Positions 19,451 to 28,932 of a DNA stretch of 64,000 nt are shown piece by piece. This stretch comes from Nitrosopumilus sp. GTDB lineage: Archaea; Thermoproteota; Nitrososphaeria; Nitrososphaerales; Nitrosopumilaceae. Within the stretch, counting starts at the first letter, position 1. The number at the start of each line of letters is the position of its first letter. A program made the translations under genes and the position numbers. Location of the stretch: contig OZ243974.1 of the NCBI GenBank assembly GCA_965214775.1, positions 1,280,001-1,344,000 on the forward strand, given 5' to 3'. The notes below the pieces were generated by a model, which was given only the letters and a program-made list of their open reading frames with translations, was not told the origin of the DNA and made no database searches.

Positions 19451-20558
19451 TAGCAATGATCAGAAGTCTTTGAGCCAAAACAGGATCATTCGAAAAGTAT
19501 ATGGATCGCCTAACCGGCGCAATGGCATGGCAAAAGAAACGGACAAAAGCCTGTCAGAGGCCATACGCAAGGAAAGGGATGCCAAAGTCTACAAGAAGAT
19601 CATGGCATTGATGTTTGTGCTAGAAGACGACGTGGGTGTGCCCGAGACTGCAAGAAGGGTCCGGTGCAGCGAGAATTCCGTGCGCAACTGGCTGGCGAGG
19701 TTTTCGGAGGACGGCATAGACGGTCTCCGGGATCTTCCTCGTTCCGGATGCAGACCAATGGTGGACAGAGAAAGTATTGCCGCCATAATGGACCTGTCCA
19801 CTGCATGCAAAAGTACTGATGTCATGACGGTGCGCGATGACATAAGGGATGCCACCGGGATAGAATACAGCACAGAACATGTCCGAAAATTGATGCGCCA
19901 GCACGGCCTGTCGCGCCGCAAGGTGCAAAACATACATGTCAACCATGCCACCCCAAGCTCCGTATACTCGTGGCAGCGGTATCTTGAAAACGTGCGGATT
20001 CCGTGCCTGAAAAACGACGGTTTTACGCTGGTGTCATCTGATGAGTCATTCTTCGTGCAGGGCGCATACGACAGATACGTGTGGGATCCGGTCGGCACCA
20101 GAAGTGTGGCATCGTATTCGGGGGACCACACAAAGGTGGCCGTGTTTGGAAGCATCGCAGAAGACGGCAGAAGGCTGTTCAGGACGTTTACGGGATCGTT
20201 TACGCCGGTGCAGTTCATAGAATGTCTGGAGGCGTTGCGCGCCAAGTTTGGCAGGGTTGCTGTCTTTTGTGACAGGTGGAGCGTGCACAGATCTACTGAT
20301 GTCGCAAAATATCTGGCGGGCCATCCCGATGTCAGGCTGATAATGATCCCGAAAGGATCGCCGTACCTCAATATCGTGGAAGAATGCTGGAACCTAGGCA
20401 AGCATTTTGTTTTCAGGGGGATAGTGTACAGAAGGATCAGCGAGCTGCGGCACACCATATCCGAGTATTACAGGACGGTGTCATTTGCCCACCTTTGCAT
20501 GTACAAGTACATTTACAGATCGCCGGTCAAAGCCCTCAATTACTTGTGACCGTTGCTA
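19451..20558 (+). mobile_element. IS630-family element
   Basis: Ends tagcaatgatca / tgaccgttgcta, flanked by TA. Confidence 0.88.
19527..20549 (+). CDS. IS630 transposase
   Basis: HTH (VRNWLARF...GIDGL.DLPRSG), SDES, CDRWSVH, SPYLNIVEECW. Confidence 0.9.
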   Translation: MAKETDKSLSEAIRKERDAKVYKKIMALMFVLEDDVGVPETARRVRCSENSVRNWLARFSEDGIDGLRDLPRSGCRPMVDRESIAAIMDLSTACKSTDVMTVRDDIRDATGIEYSTEHVRKLMRQHGLSRRKVQNIHVNHATPSSVYSWQRYLENVRIPCLKNDGFTLVSSDESFFVQGAYDRYVWDPVGTRSVASYSGDHTKVAVFGSIAEDGRRLFRTFTGSFTPVQFIECLEALRAKFGRVAVFCDRWSVHRSTDVAKYLAGHPDVRLIMIPKGSPYLNIVEECWNLGKHFVFRGIVYRRISELRHTISEYYRTVSFAHLCMYKYIYRSPVKALNYL

Positions 20559-20595
20559 TAGGAAAGGATGTGTGTGTGACATGAATGTTAGTATT

Positions 20596-20727
20596 CAGTA
20601 GTTCCGATTGTGGCCTGAAAATAAAGCAAATTGACAGATTTTTATGATCATTTGGATCTATAGGGGGTACTTTTAGCAATTTCTCCATGACAAAAAGTGG
20701 CAGGGCCGCTCAAAAGCCGTACGGACA
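20596..20727 (+). mobile_element. Truncated left end of the ISH3 element
   Basis: Nearly identical to 46587-46720, cut by MITE F. Confidence 0.9.
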
Positions 20728-20870
20728 CAGAGAGTTGATTCGAAATTAGCAGATTCAGATTATTTGTAGACGAATTTGCACAAAATAGCTCAAAACACCA
20801 ACAAAATACAAGTTATCTGTGAAATTACTTGAAAAATTCATACGGTCTCTAATTTCGGATCACCTCTCTG
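20728..20870. mobile_element. MITE F, about 143 bp, CAG-ended
   Basis: cagagagttgattcgaaattag / ctaatttcggatcacctctctg; inverted copy at 30881-31021. Confidence 0.8.
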
Positions 20871-21366
20871 AGGCCGAATTTCGGATACTTTTCACTTAGC
20901 TGCTCAAACTAGAAGGTTTATTGGTTCCCACAAGTGATGAGATTTCTTCTCAGATTAAATACTGTTTATGGCAAAGATGTCTTTTGAGTAAATAGAGGCG
21001 ATCTACTGATGGCCTGCACACAACTTCTGTGAGACGCATCTTGACAAACAGATGTTTTTAGAATACGATGAAGACGGGCAGATTCTGGGGTTTGTTCAAA
21101 GTCAATTGCGCAGGTTAGTCCAACTTGGCTTTCAGTCATGACCAAACATTCTCGCAACAAAATTGATGTCTGCATGTTACAACAATCCACAGTGACGATC
21201 AAAAATTCTTTAACTCATGTGATGTGGGCCACTAGGTGGATACTTTTTGTTGCTGAATAACTTCTAATCTACACCACAGCCTATTGTTTTCGTTTATGCA
21301 GTCTACTATGCTATTCTTTTTATGATTATGCGTGGAACCGGAAGGATAATTACTTCAAGTGCCTCG

Positions 21367-21555
21367 TTAGACTTTTTTTATTCTAAGAACTAGTTTAGCT
21401 TTTCTGAGCGGCAGATCATTTTTTCTGATGTATTGTACCATCTTTCCAACATCCTTAAGAATTGCGTCAATTTCATCACGTACGGGTTTTGACCTGTTTG
21501 GATACTGCTTTTTAAAATCTTTAGAAAAGGAAATGAGTTTTTTTGAGGTTGCCAT
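21367..21555 (-). CDS. Small basic hypothetical protein
   Basis: 62-aa ORF with plausible composition; no family recognised. Confidence 0.4.
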   Translation of the reverse strand: MATSKKLISFSKDFKKQYPNRSKPVRDEIDAILKDVGKMVQYIRKNDLPLRKAKLVLRIKKV

Positions 21556-21602
21556 TACTTGACTGAAGCGTGGAGCGCCTTTATAGCAGTTTCCACATCC
21601 GG

Positions 21603-22116
21603 GGCGTTGTCCGGAATCGTGATTTTAGGACGTGATTTCCGGGGAGATTTGTACAAAATCATGGCGCAATGACTGCAAACATAGAGACGAATCCGCACTC
21701 CGGCCCGCATTGTGTAGTTATGGCCCGTGTTTTGACGTCATACTGCATAGCATCCGCTAGCCGGACGATTCCACCGTACCGGCATTATGGATCCTAGCTG
21801 ACCAGATTGTAGCAGAATACCTTGAGGGTAAGCCTGAGCGACTGCATCGGAAGCGACATGGCGCGCACCGTGGAGTCAAACCTTGCCTTTATCGACGAGA
21901 AGGCCGACTCAACGAGGCTGCGCTGGTGGTACGTCTTCTCGAATCCCTCGGGGTCCTTTTTGTGCCATCTTAGCATCTTGGAGCGGGCGTTGAACCCGTG
22001 AACCGTATATCCTGTACGCGGACATATCACTGGGGTTCTGCCTCCGTCGGCTATGACCCTGCAGTTCTCATACGAGTCGTATGCGGCATCCAGGATCACG
22101 TGTCCTGTGCCGTTGG
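21603..22116 (-). mobile_element. Truncated copy (3' half) of the 1319-bp IS5-family element
   Basis: Near-identical to 26668-27181. Confidence 0.93.
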
Positions 22117-22323
22117 TTGCTGCTGCTGCTGCTGTCCGAGCAGTGTGTTTAGCCGCTCGATTTCTTTTTGCATCTGCTCTTTCTCTTTTTCAACTGTCTC
22201 CATCTTAGACTTCATGTGTTCAAACAGGCGGATCACGTCGGGAATGCTCCAGTCCACGTCAGTAATGTCAGAATCTCCGATCAATACCGGAAAGACAGAT
22301 CCAACGATCTTTATGTGTTGTGA

Positions 22324-22483
22324 TTCTTCCAAATAGCCTGCTGGTTGGAGGTGCTGCCCGGGTGACCTCCGGGGTTGCAAGATTCACGCCTGAGCTTCCA
22401 GAGCCTGACCTGTTACCCTGCAGGCAGCCCAGCCTGAATTGTTTCGAGTTTGGAGCCGTCTTGTGGGGAACTTCTGGGAAGAC
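22324..22483. mobile_element. MITE A containing a MITE J fragment
   Basis: ttcttccaaa...tctgggaagac; internal cttccagagcctgacctgttac. Confidence 0.65.
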
Positions 22484-22774
22484 TGATGTATTTCCAGAAC
22501 TAAGAAAATAGATTTAGAACTCATACAGAAAATAAAATCATGTATTTTAGTGACATAAAATTAATTTAATTTTGGCAAGTTTTAAGATCTTGTTAATTTA
22601 AATAAAGTTGTGTTTGACAGGACTGAGCGTGATTATCTTTGTGGAGGATTTCATCCTGGCAAAAATTGCTAACGTTAAATCCTTCATTCCACTAGAAAGA
22701 AACTTACCCTGTTGTATTCCTGTCTTTTGCTTATTCAATCCAAGCCGGAGGCTCTTTGCACCGTAGGCGCACAA

Positions 22775-22822
22775 CTTGTAAGTCTGACGTCATCATACTA
22801 GGAGGCTAAACTAATTCCGCCT
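22775..22822 (-). repeat. Degenerate duplicate of the tRNA-Gly 5' half (att-like)
   Basis: ctgacgtcat...ctaaactaattccgcct matches 16871-16912 with small indels. Confidence 0.8.
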
Positions 22823-22872
22823 AGCCAATTTTCAATAACCATGATTAAATATCTTAATTGGCAACTTGTATT

Positions 22873-23046
22873 ATGGATGCACGATGTCCTGAATGTGAGA
22901 AAGTTGCAGTTTTAGATGACGCAGTTACAAAAGTAAAATGCCCACACTGCAATTTTGAAGCAGACTATGAATCCTATCTGGAAATCATGAAGGATCAGGC
23001 TCTTAATATGGCATCTGACTATATTCCTGACAGGTCAGGACTTTGA
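22873..23046 (+). CDS. Small zinc-ribbon protein
   Basis: CPEC...CPHC. Confidence 0.7.
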   Translation: MDARCPECEKVAVLDDAVTKVKCPHCNFEADYESYLEIMKDQALNMASDYIPDRSGL

Positions 23047-23169
23047 TCACCAGTAATTCCCTTTATCAGAACAATCCAAGTGAGAGCCACAATTTGGACA
23101 GAACATGTGGCATGCCTGAATGTCTACCATCTCTTTTTCGCATCTGGGGCACGTGATGCTTTCTGCCAT
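23047..23169 (-). CDS. 40-aa zinc-finger micro-protein (absent from the ORF track)
   Basis: MAESITCPRCEKEMVDIQACHMFCPNCGSHLDCSDKGNYW. Confidence 0.75.
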   Translation of the reverse strand: MAESITCPRCEKEMVDIQACHMFCPNCGSHLDCSDKGNYW

Positions 23170-23245
23170 GTGACTATTCTGGGGAGTTCGGATTTAAAAA
23201 TAATGTCCAAAGGTTAATTAGTCGTTCAGCATTTTCTGGGAATGC

Positions 23246-23662
23246 TTGGCAAATTTCAAGTTGACAATATCAGACATTAAAGGAAAATCCGTCACAAAAG
23301 AACTCAAAGGCGTCGATGCAAATCCGCTGCTGGGGCTGGAATTGGGAAAAGAAGCTGATGCATCAATTGCTGGATTGAGCGGAAAACTAAAACTCACTGG
23401 AGGCAGCGACAAATCTGGCGTTCCAATGAGGAACGACATTCATGGCTCTGCCAGACAATATGTTCTCTTGTCAAAGGGCGTCGGATTGCAAGATGCAGAA
23501 ACCGGCCAAAGGGTCAGAAAGCTGATGAGGGGAAATACCATCTCTGAAGAAATCTACCAAGTCAACTGTAAATTCGATGGTGAATTGCCCGCAGCAGAAC
23601 AGACGCCTGCTGAAGAAGCCGAAAAATCTGAAGAAAACACCCCTGGAGAAAAAAAAGAATAA
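23246..23662 (+). CDS. rps6e: 30S ribosomal protein S6e
   Basis: LKLTGGSDKSGVPMR, RVRKLMRGNTI. Confidence 0.96.
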   Translation: MANFKLTISDIKGKSVTKELKGVDANPLLGLELGKEADASIAGLSGKLKLTGGSDKSGVPMRNDIHGSARQYVLLSKGVGLQDAETGQRVRKLMRGNTISEEIYQVNCKFDGELPAAEQTPAEEAEKSEENTPGEKKE

Positions 23663-23693
23663 CTTAACATATAACGATTCTACATTTTGACTC

Positions 23694-24956
23694 ATGCATT
23701 GGAGAGAAACGCTTCCCGACTGGTATGTAAAAAAATATGGTTATCAGCCTTGTATAAATATTGGAACTGCAGGACATGTTGATCACGGAAAAACGACTTT
23801 AATTCAGTCACTGACTGGTTCTTGGACTAGCGTCCATAGCCAGGAACTAAAACGTGGAATTACAATTAGAGTGGGCTATTCAGATGCAGCATTTTACAAA
23901 TGCAAAAAATGCGAAGAGCCGTTATGCTATTCAACAACTCCAAAATGCAACAACTGTGGAAAGGAAAGCGAACTGTCAAGAGTTGTAAGTTTTGTGGATA
24001 GCCCGGGACACGAAAGTTTGATGGCAAACATGCTTTCGGGATCTGCATTAATGGATGGCGCACTTTTGCTGGTTGCATCTAATGAGAAAGTTCCAAGACC
24101 CCAGACAAAAGAACACCTTTTGGCCCTTCAGACTTTGGGGATACGGCAAATCGTCGTTGCCCAGAACAAGGTTGACCTGCTAAGCTACAAAGAGGCCGTC
24201 TCTAATTACCGGGACATCTCAAAGTTTGTCAAAGGAACCCATGCATCCAAAGCTCCAGTAATTCCTATTTCTGCACAATCTGGCCTGAACATCGATGCGT
24301 TAATTGGAGCAATGGAAGACACCATCAAAACTCCAGAACGTGACGAAAAAAAAGACGCGGTAATGCACGTATTGCGCTCCTTTGATGTAAACAGACCGGG
24401 TACCAAATTAAAAGAAATCAAGGGAGGCGTCATTGGAGGAAGCTTGACGCAAGGAGTTTTTAATACAGGCGACGAAATTGAAATAAAACCGGGAATCTCA
24501 AATGAAAAAAAGAAGACCTACGAGCCGCTACAAACTGAAATTACCTCTTTGGGTACTGCAGCAGGAATCGTAGATTCTGTAAAACCTGGCGGATTAGTGG
24601 CAATTGGAACCAAACTAGATCCCTCCATGACGAGAAGTGACTCTTTTATTGGCTCTGTAATTGGAAAACCAGGAACGTTGCCTGAAAATTCAAAAAGTCT
24701 AAAACTTGAAGTCAGCCTGTTTGATTCTGCCGTAGGTACAACAGAAGACATCAAAGTCCAACCAATTCAATCAGGGGAATCGCTTCGACTAAACATTGGA
24801 ACTGCGCCGATCCTTGCCAAAGTCACAAAAACAAAATCCAAGAACATTGAACTAGAACTAAGAAGACCTGCCTGCATCTTTGAAGGTGGAAACGTGGCAA
24901 TCAGTAGAAGAATTTCTGAAAGATGGAGATTAATTGGTGCAGGAACAGTTGGTTGA
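23694..24956 (+). CDS. eif2g: Translation initiation factor 2 gamma
   Basis: GHVDHGKTT, RGITIRVGY, DSPGHE, NKVD, WRLIG. Confidence 0.97.
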   Translation: MHWRETLPDWYVKKYGYQPCINIGTAGHVDHGKTTLIQSLTGSWTSVHSQELKRGITIRVGYSDAAFYKCKKCEEPLCYSTTPKCNNCGKESELSRVVSFVDSPGHESLMANMLSGSALMDGALLLVASNEKVPRPQTKEHLLALQTLGIRQIVVAQNKVDLLSYKEAVSNYRDISKFVKGTHASKAPVIPISAQSGLNIDALIGAMEDTIKTPERDEKKDAVMHVLRSFDVNRPGTKLKEIKGGVIGGSLTQGVFNTGDEIEIKPGISNEKKKTYEPLQTEITSLGTAAGIVDSVKPGGLVAIGTKLDPSMTRSDSFIGSVIGKPGTLPENSKSLKLEVSLFDSAVGTTEDIKVQPIQSGESLRLNIGTAPILAKVTKTKSKNIELELRRPACIFEGGNVAISRRISERWRLIGAGTVG

Positions 24957-25317
24957 CGTAATTTGCGACACAAGTTTCTTGATTCATTTTGCTACGAAAA
25001 AAATCGTCAATATTGACAGTCTTGACGTTGAAATTGGCCAACTCTCGTTTTTAGTTCCCAATGTGGTCCGAAACGAACTGATCAAATTGCAACAAAACCC
25101 GACTAAAAAACAAGATATTGATCACACCCTGAATTTCATAAAAAAATTTCAAACCCTTGAAATTAACGGAACTTTTGCCGACAAGGAAATTTTGGATTAC
25201 ATTTCAAACAGCAATTCAATTGTGGCAACAATGGATAAAGAATTAAAAAGCCAAATCAAATCCAAGGGACGATCGGTCATGTCAGTTAACAACAATCGAA
25301 TTATTCTGGAATCTTAG
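24934..25317 (+). CDS. PIN-domain protein (Fcf1-like)
   Basis: CDTSFL, ADKEIL, VATMDKEL; conserved position after aIF2g; start may be 24949. Confidence 0.8.
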   Translation: MVQEQLVDVICDTSFLIHFATKKIVNIDSLDVEIGQLSFLVPNVVRNELIKLQQNPTKKQDIDHTLNFIKKFQTLEINGTFADKEILDYISNSNSIVATMDKELKSQIKSKGRSVMSVNNNRIILES

Positions 25318-25352
25318 AAAAATTTAACTTCTAGTATCCTTTTTTTATCTTA

Positions 25353-25808
25353 ATGACTAGTCTTACTTTGGAAAGCGATTCATTTGAAAATAACGGGATC
25401 ATCCCAAAAAAATTTGGATATAAAAATGGAAACACTAGCCCTTCTTTGAGAATATCGAACATTCCTGAAAATACCAAATCATTGGCACTTGTAATGGATG
25501 ATCCGGATGCAATGCAGGCTGTTGGAAAAGTGTGGGTACATTGGATACTGTATAACATTCCCACAAATTCGGTTTTTCAAGAAAATAAAATTCCTTCAGA
25601 GTGCATTGAAGGAAAAACCGACTTTGGAGATATAGGCTATGGCGGACCGGCTCCTCCTGACAAAGAACATACCTATGTTTTCAAATTATACGCACTGGAT
25701 AATGTCTTGAATTCAAGTGATCCCCTCTCAAAGGAGGAACTCGAAAAGTTAATGGACGGCCATATAATCTCTCAAGCAACCCTGCAAGGCAGATATTCTC
25801 CGCAATAG
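25353..25808 (+). CDS. YbhB/YbcL (PEBP) family protein
   Basis: DDPDA, WVHW, GYGGPAPP, HTYVFKLYAL. Confidence 0.92.
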   Translation: MTSLTLESDSFENNGIIPKKFGYKNGNTSPSLRISNIPENTKSLALVMDDPDAMQAVGKVWVHWILYNIPTNSVFQENKIPSECIEGKTDFGDIGYGGPAPPDKEHTYVFKLYALDNVLNSSDPLSKEELEKLMDGHIISQATLQGRYSPQ

Positions 25809-25822
25809 CCAGCAGACCGAAA

Positions 25823-25964
25823 CAGTAGCTCAAAATGTACACTCTGAATCCCAACTCTGAGATTGTGTCTTTGCCCATTCACAGCTCTGCACGCATGGGA
25901 TTCTGCATGCCAAGGTCCCACGAGACGGCGGCCACAAGTAACAGTGGCACATTTTCAACTACTG
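25823..25964. mobile_element. MITE K, 142 bp, ISH3-like CAGTA ends
   Basis: cagtagctcaaaatgtacact / agtggcacattttcaactactg; flanks cgaaa/ggaaa. Confidence 0.65.
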
Positions 25965-25998
25965 GGAAATGTACTCACTTTAAATCCACTTGGCAGAC

Positions 25999-26189
25999 CA
26001 GCCAAGTGAAATGTAAATGAGATTTGTTGTTTTGCCTTGCTATAGCAACGAGCAGAAATAATTGAGGTTTTTTACGTGTAGTTATGACCTACTTTGACTC
26101 AAAGACTTCTGCCCGTTGCTATATTGAGGCGTCGTACCCACTGCCCAGTCTTGTTTTTGCTCGATTTTTTGGCACGTTTTACTTGGCTG
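25999..26189. mobile_element. MITE I (CAGCC ends) with nested MITE B (26043-26121)
   Basis: cagccaagtgaaa / ttttacttggctg; 5-bp TSD CAGAC; uninterrupted copy at 52828-52938. Confidence 0.85.
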
Positions 26190-26667
26190 CAGACAGCATG
26201 AAATACATGAAATAATCAAATCAGTGATCGAACAAAAAAATAGTGACAAAAATCGAATCAACAAAAGAGAATGAGGAAGAAACAAAAAAGAAGGTCGACT
26301 CTGGCAAAAAACCAAGCTATAATTTTGCATGGCCGGAACAAAAGCAGAAAGAATCAAACCTACCCTGTGATTTGGTCTCGGATTTTTTTATTATGGTGTT
26401 TTAGTGGGATTGTCACCTAATTCGCCAGAACTCCTGAAAACCACTGAGATGTCAGTGGATCAGACGTGCAAAATGGCGGAAATTCAGAAAAACGTGCAGG
26501 TTGAGTCAAACAAGTCAGTACTTCCTAGGTGTACTTTTACAGGCACGGTAATTACGTAATTTGGAGAAGATCTTATGCGTAAACGAAGTTAGCGGCTATG
26601 GCGTGCCGGGTCTGCAAAAGCACATCTATAGCAACGAGCAGAAATAATTGAGGTTTTTTACGTGTAG

Positions 26668-27986
26668 GGCGTTGTCCGGAATCGTGATTTTAGGACGTGA
26701 TTTCCGGGGAGATTTGTACAAAATCATGGCGCAATGACTGCAAACATAGAGACGAATCCGCACTCCGGCCCGCATTGTGTAGTTATGGCCCGTGTTTTGA
26801 CGTCATACTGCATAGCATCCGCTAGCCGGACGATTCCACCGTACCGGCATTATGGATCCTAGCTGACCAGATTGTAGCAGAATACCTTGAGGGTAAGCCT
26901 GAGCGACTGCATCGGAAGCGACATGGCGCGCACCGTGGAGTCAAACCTTGCCTTTATCGACGAGAAGGCCGACTCAACGAGGCTGCGCTGGTGGTACGTC
27001 TTCTCGAATCCCTCGGGGTCCTTTTTGTGCCATCTTAGCATCTTGGAGCGGGCGTTGAACCCGTGAACCGTATATCCTATACGCGGACATATCACTGGGG
27101 TTCTGCCTCCGTCGGCTATGACCCTGCAGTTCTCATACGAGTCGTATGCGGCATCCAGGATCACGTGTCCTGTGCCGTTGGGAACCTGCGGTAGCAGCTC
27201 GTTACGGAACACCGGGGAATCATGGAATTCGCCCGGCGTCACCTCGCAGGCGGCAATCTTGCCGTGCGGGGCCAACAGTATGTGCAGCTTGGCAAACATC
27301 TGCCTGGATATGACGCCCTTCTTTGCGTCCTCCCATGTGTGGTATCTCATTATGGAGAAACCGCTAGAGTCGCCAAGCAACGTTCCCCTGGCGTCTGCGC
27401 CTGCCTGTTCTGAGAGTACCGATCTTAGCACCGACTTGTCCCAGGCAGCTATCCTTACGGCTGCATCATGCAGTGTCGACTTGGCCGGAACCTTTTTGAG
27501 CCCGTACATGTTAGTTGAACCAGGATTCGACTCCATGTATTCGACGTGTCTGCGATACGAGTTTCCGCGGTACTCCATGTCGAGTACGCACAGAAGATAG
27601 GGAATTTCATCCTCTTGCTCTGTGTTATGGAGGAGGGACAGGAGGATCTTGCGGATCTTTTTGATTCCGATGCCGCACCTCTTGCTGTCCTCTCTCCTTT
27701 TTTTCTCGTACTCGGCATAGTATTCCGGAGGTCTCGTGTACTCTGACTTTTTTTTCTTGCTGGTCTTGCTGGATTCCTTCTTGGATTCCTTCTTGGATTC
27801 CTTCTTGGATTCCTTCTTGGATTCCTTCTTGGATTCCTTCTTGGATTCCTTCTTGGATTCCTTCTTGTTGGTCTTTGATTTCATTGATACGGGGACGTCG
27901 ATCCTATGATCCATAAGGTTGTCGCATCCTGCGCTTATGATCTATAAGCTTATCGGTAGATTTCTGGAAAAATTCCGGACAACGCC
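26668..27986 (-). mobile_element. IS5-family (IS903/ISH1-like) element, 1319 bp
   Basis: TIR ggcgttgtccggaat; 9-bp TSD tacgtgtag at 26659-26667 and 27987-27995. Confidence 0.93.
26859..27914 (-). CDS. DDE transposase with N-terminal (KKES)8 repeat
   Basis: GDSSGF, KLHI, LDAAYDS, YHQRSLVESAFSSIK. Confidence 0.9.
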   Translation of the reverse strand: MDHRIDVPVSMKSKTNKKESKKESKKESKKESKKESKKESKKESKKESSKTSKKKKSEYTRPPEYYAEYEKKRREDSKRCGIGIKKIRKILLSLLHNTEQEDEIPYLLCVLDMEYRGNSYRRHVEYMESNPGSTNMYGLKKVPAKSTLHDAAVRIAAWDKSVLRSVLSEQAGADARGTLLGDSSGFSIMRYHTWEDAKKGVISRQMFAKLHILLAPHGKIAACEVTPGEFHDSPVFRNELLPQVPNGTGHVILDAAYDSYENCRVIADGGRTPVICPRIGYTVHGFNARSKMLRWHKKDPEGFEKTYHQRSLVESAFSSIKARFDSTVRAMSLPMQSLRLTLKVFCYNLVS

Positions 27987-28495
27987 TACGTGTAGTTATG
28001 ACCTGCTTTGACTCAAAGACTTCTGCCCGTTGCTATAGGAAGTACTGAAGTGGAACTAGGCGACAACCCCCTCCTAAAAAGACCAAAAACGACATAATAC
28101 GAGCCGGAAAAAGGGACAGGTTCAAGCATGCAGAACCAAACCAGTTGTGGGAGACTGACATTACATACGTCTGGTGTGGCATTGACGGCTGGTGCCACTG
28201 CTTTAACATAATTGACACATTCACCAGAAGGTGGATGGCATACGTCTTTGACACGCAGGCCACCGCATAGATAGCAGTTGAGTCACTGACAAAGGCAGTC
28301 TTTACAATCTCGGCAGACGAGGCACGCAGACTGCTGATCAGAAGTGACAACGGCGTCCAGTATGCGAGCCGCGGGTTCAAAGACAATATGAGGGCGCTTG
28401 TGGTAAGGCACAAGTACATCTGGCACAACACGCCCAAACAAAACGGACATGTCCAGTCCTTCCACAAGACCCTCAAAAGGGAGTACGTCTGGCCG

Positions 28496-28689
28496 CATGA
28501 CTTTGCCAGGTTCCAGTATGCAGAAGTCGTCATTCCAGTGCACCGCTCATCAGACTTTATGCGTAATCTACCTGAATGAGATGAATTTGTTCGTAATAAT
28601 CCCAGATCTGAGCCGATTACGCATAAAGTCTATCTTCTCAATCTTGATGCCCATGACTTTGCCAGGTTCCAGTATGCAGAAGTCGTCAT
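28496..28689. repeat. Repeat-spacer-repeat unit (38+35+38 bp); spacer split by MITE C
   Basis: catgactttgccaggttccagtatgcagaagtcgtcat at 28496-28533 and 28652-28689. Confidence 0.92.
28552..28631. mobile_element. MITE C, 80 bp, ISL2-like IS5 derivative
   Basis: TIR agactttatgcgtaatc / gattacgcataaagtct; 3-bp TSD ATC. Confidence 0.92.
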
Positions 28690-28890
28690 GGCAGAGGCGT
28701 TTGAGGATTACAACTCCAATAGGATCCACTCTGCGCTGGGATGCCATACATACATGCATGACCAAAAAGACAGAGTACGTAAAATCAAAGGGCAAGATGA
28801 TCACAAGAATTTGTCTAGATTGTCGGCTCGGTTCAGTTGACAACTTGAACCGGCCACTCTGGCAAATTATGAAATGTCATTTGACATATT

Positions 28891-28931
28891 TCGCCAAATA
28901 GCGACTCGCCAAATAGCGACTCGCCAAATAG
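28891..28931. repeat. 15-bp tandem repeat, 2.7 copies, next to an IS end
   Basis: tcgccaaatagcgac repeated. Confidence 0.9.
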
Positions 28932-28932
28932 T

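Larger units (their letters stand above)
16911..22822. mobile_element. Decayed genomic island next to tRNA-Gly
   Basis: Bounded by the tRNA and a degenerate copy of its 5' half at 22775-22822; filled with IS/MITE debris, GNAT and RHH genes; no integrase seen. Confidence 0.65.
26406..28070. mobile_element. Nested stack: MITE D > MITE E (26516-28047) > MITE B (26629-28035) > IS5
   Basis: D ends gggattgtcacctaattc / gaactaggcgacaacccc; E ends cagtacttcctag with TSD AAGT; B with TA; IS with TSD TACGTGTAG. Confidence 0.88.
28071..28745 (+). pseudogene. IS3-family OrfB (rve) transposase remnant
   Basis: PNQLWETDITYV, IRSDNGVQY, QNGHVQSFHKTLKREY, DYNSNRIHSALG; internal stop and insertions. Confidence 0.8.
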
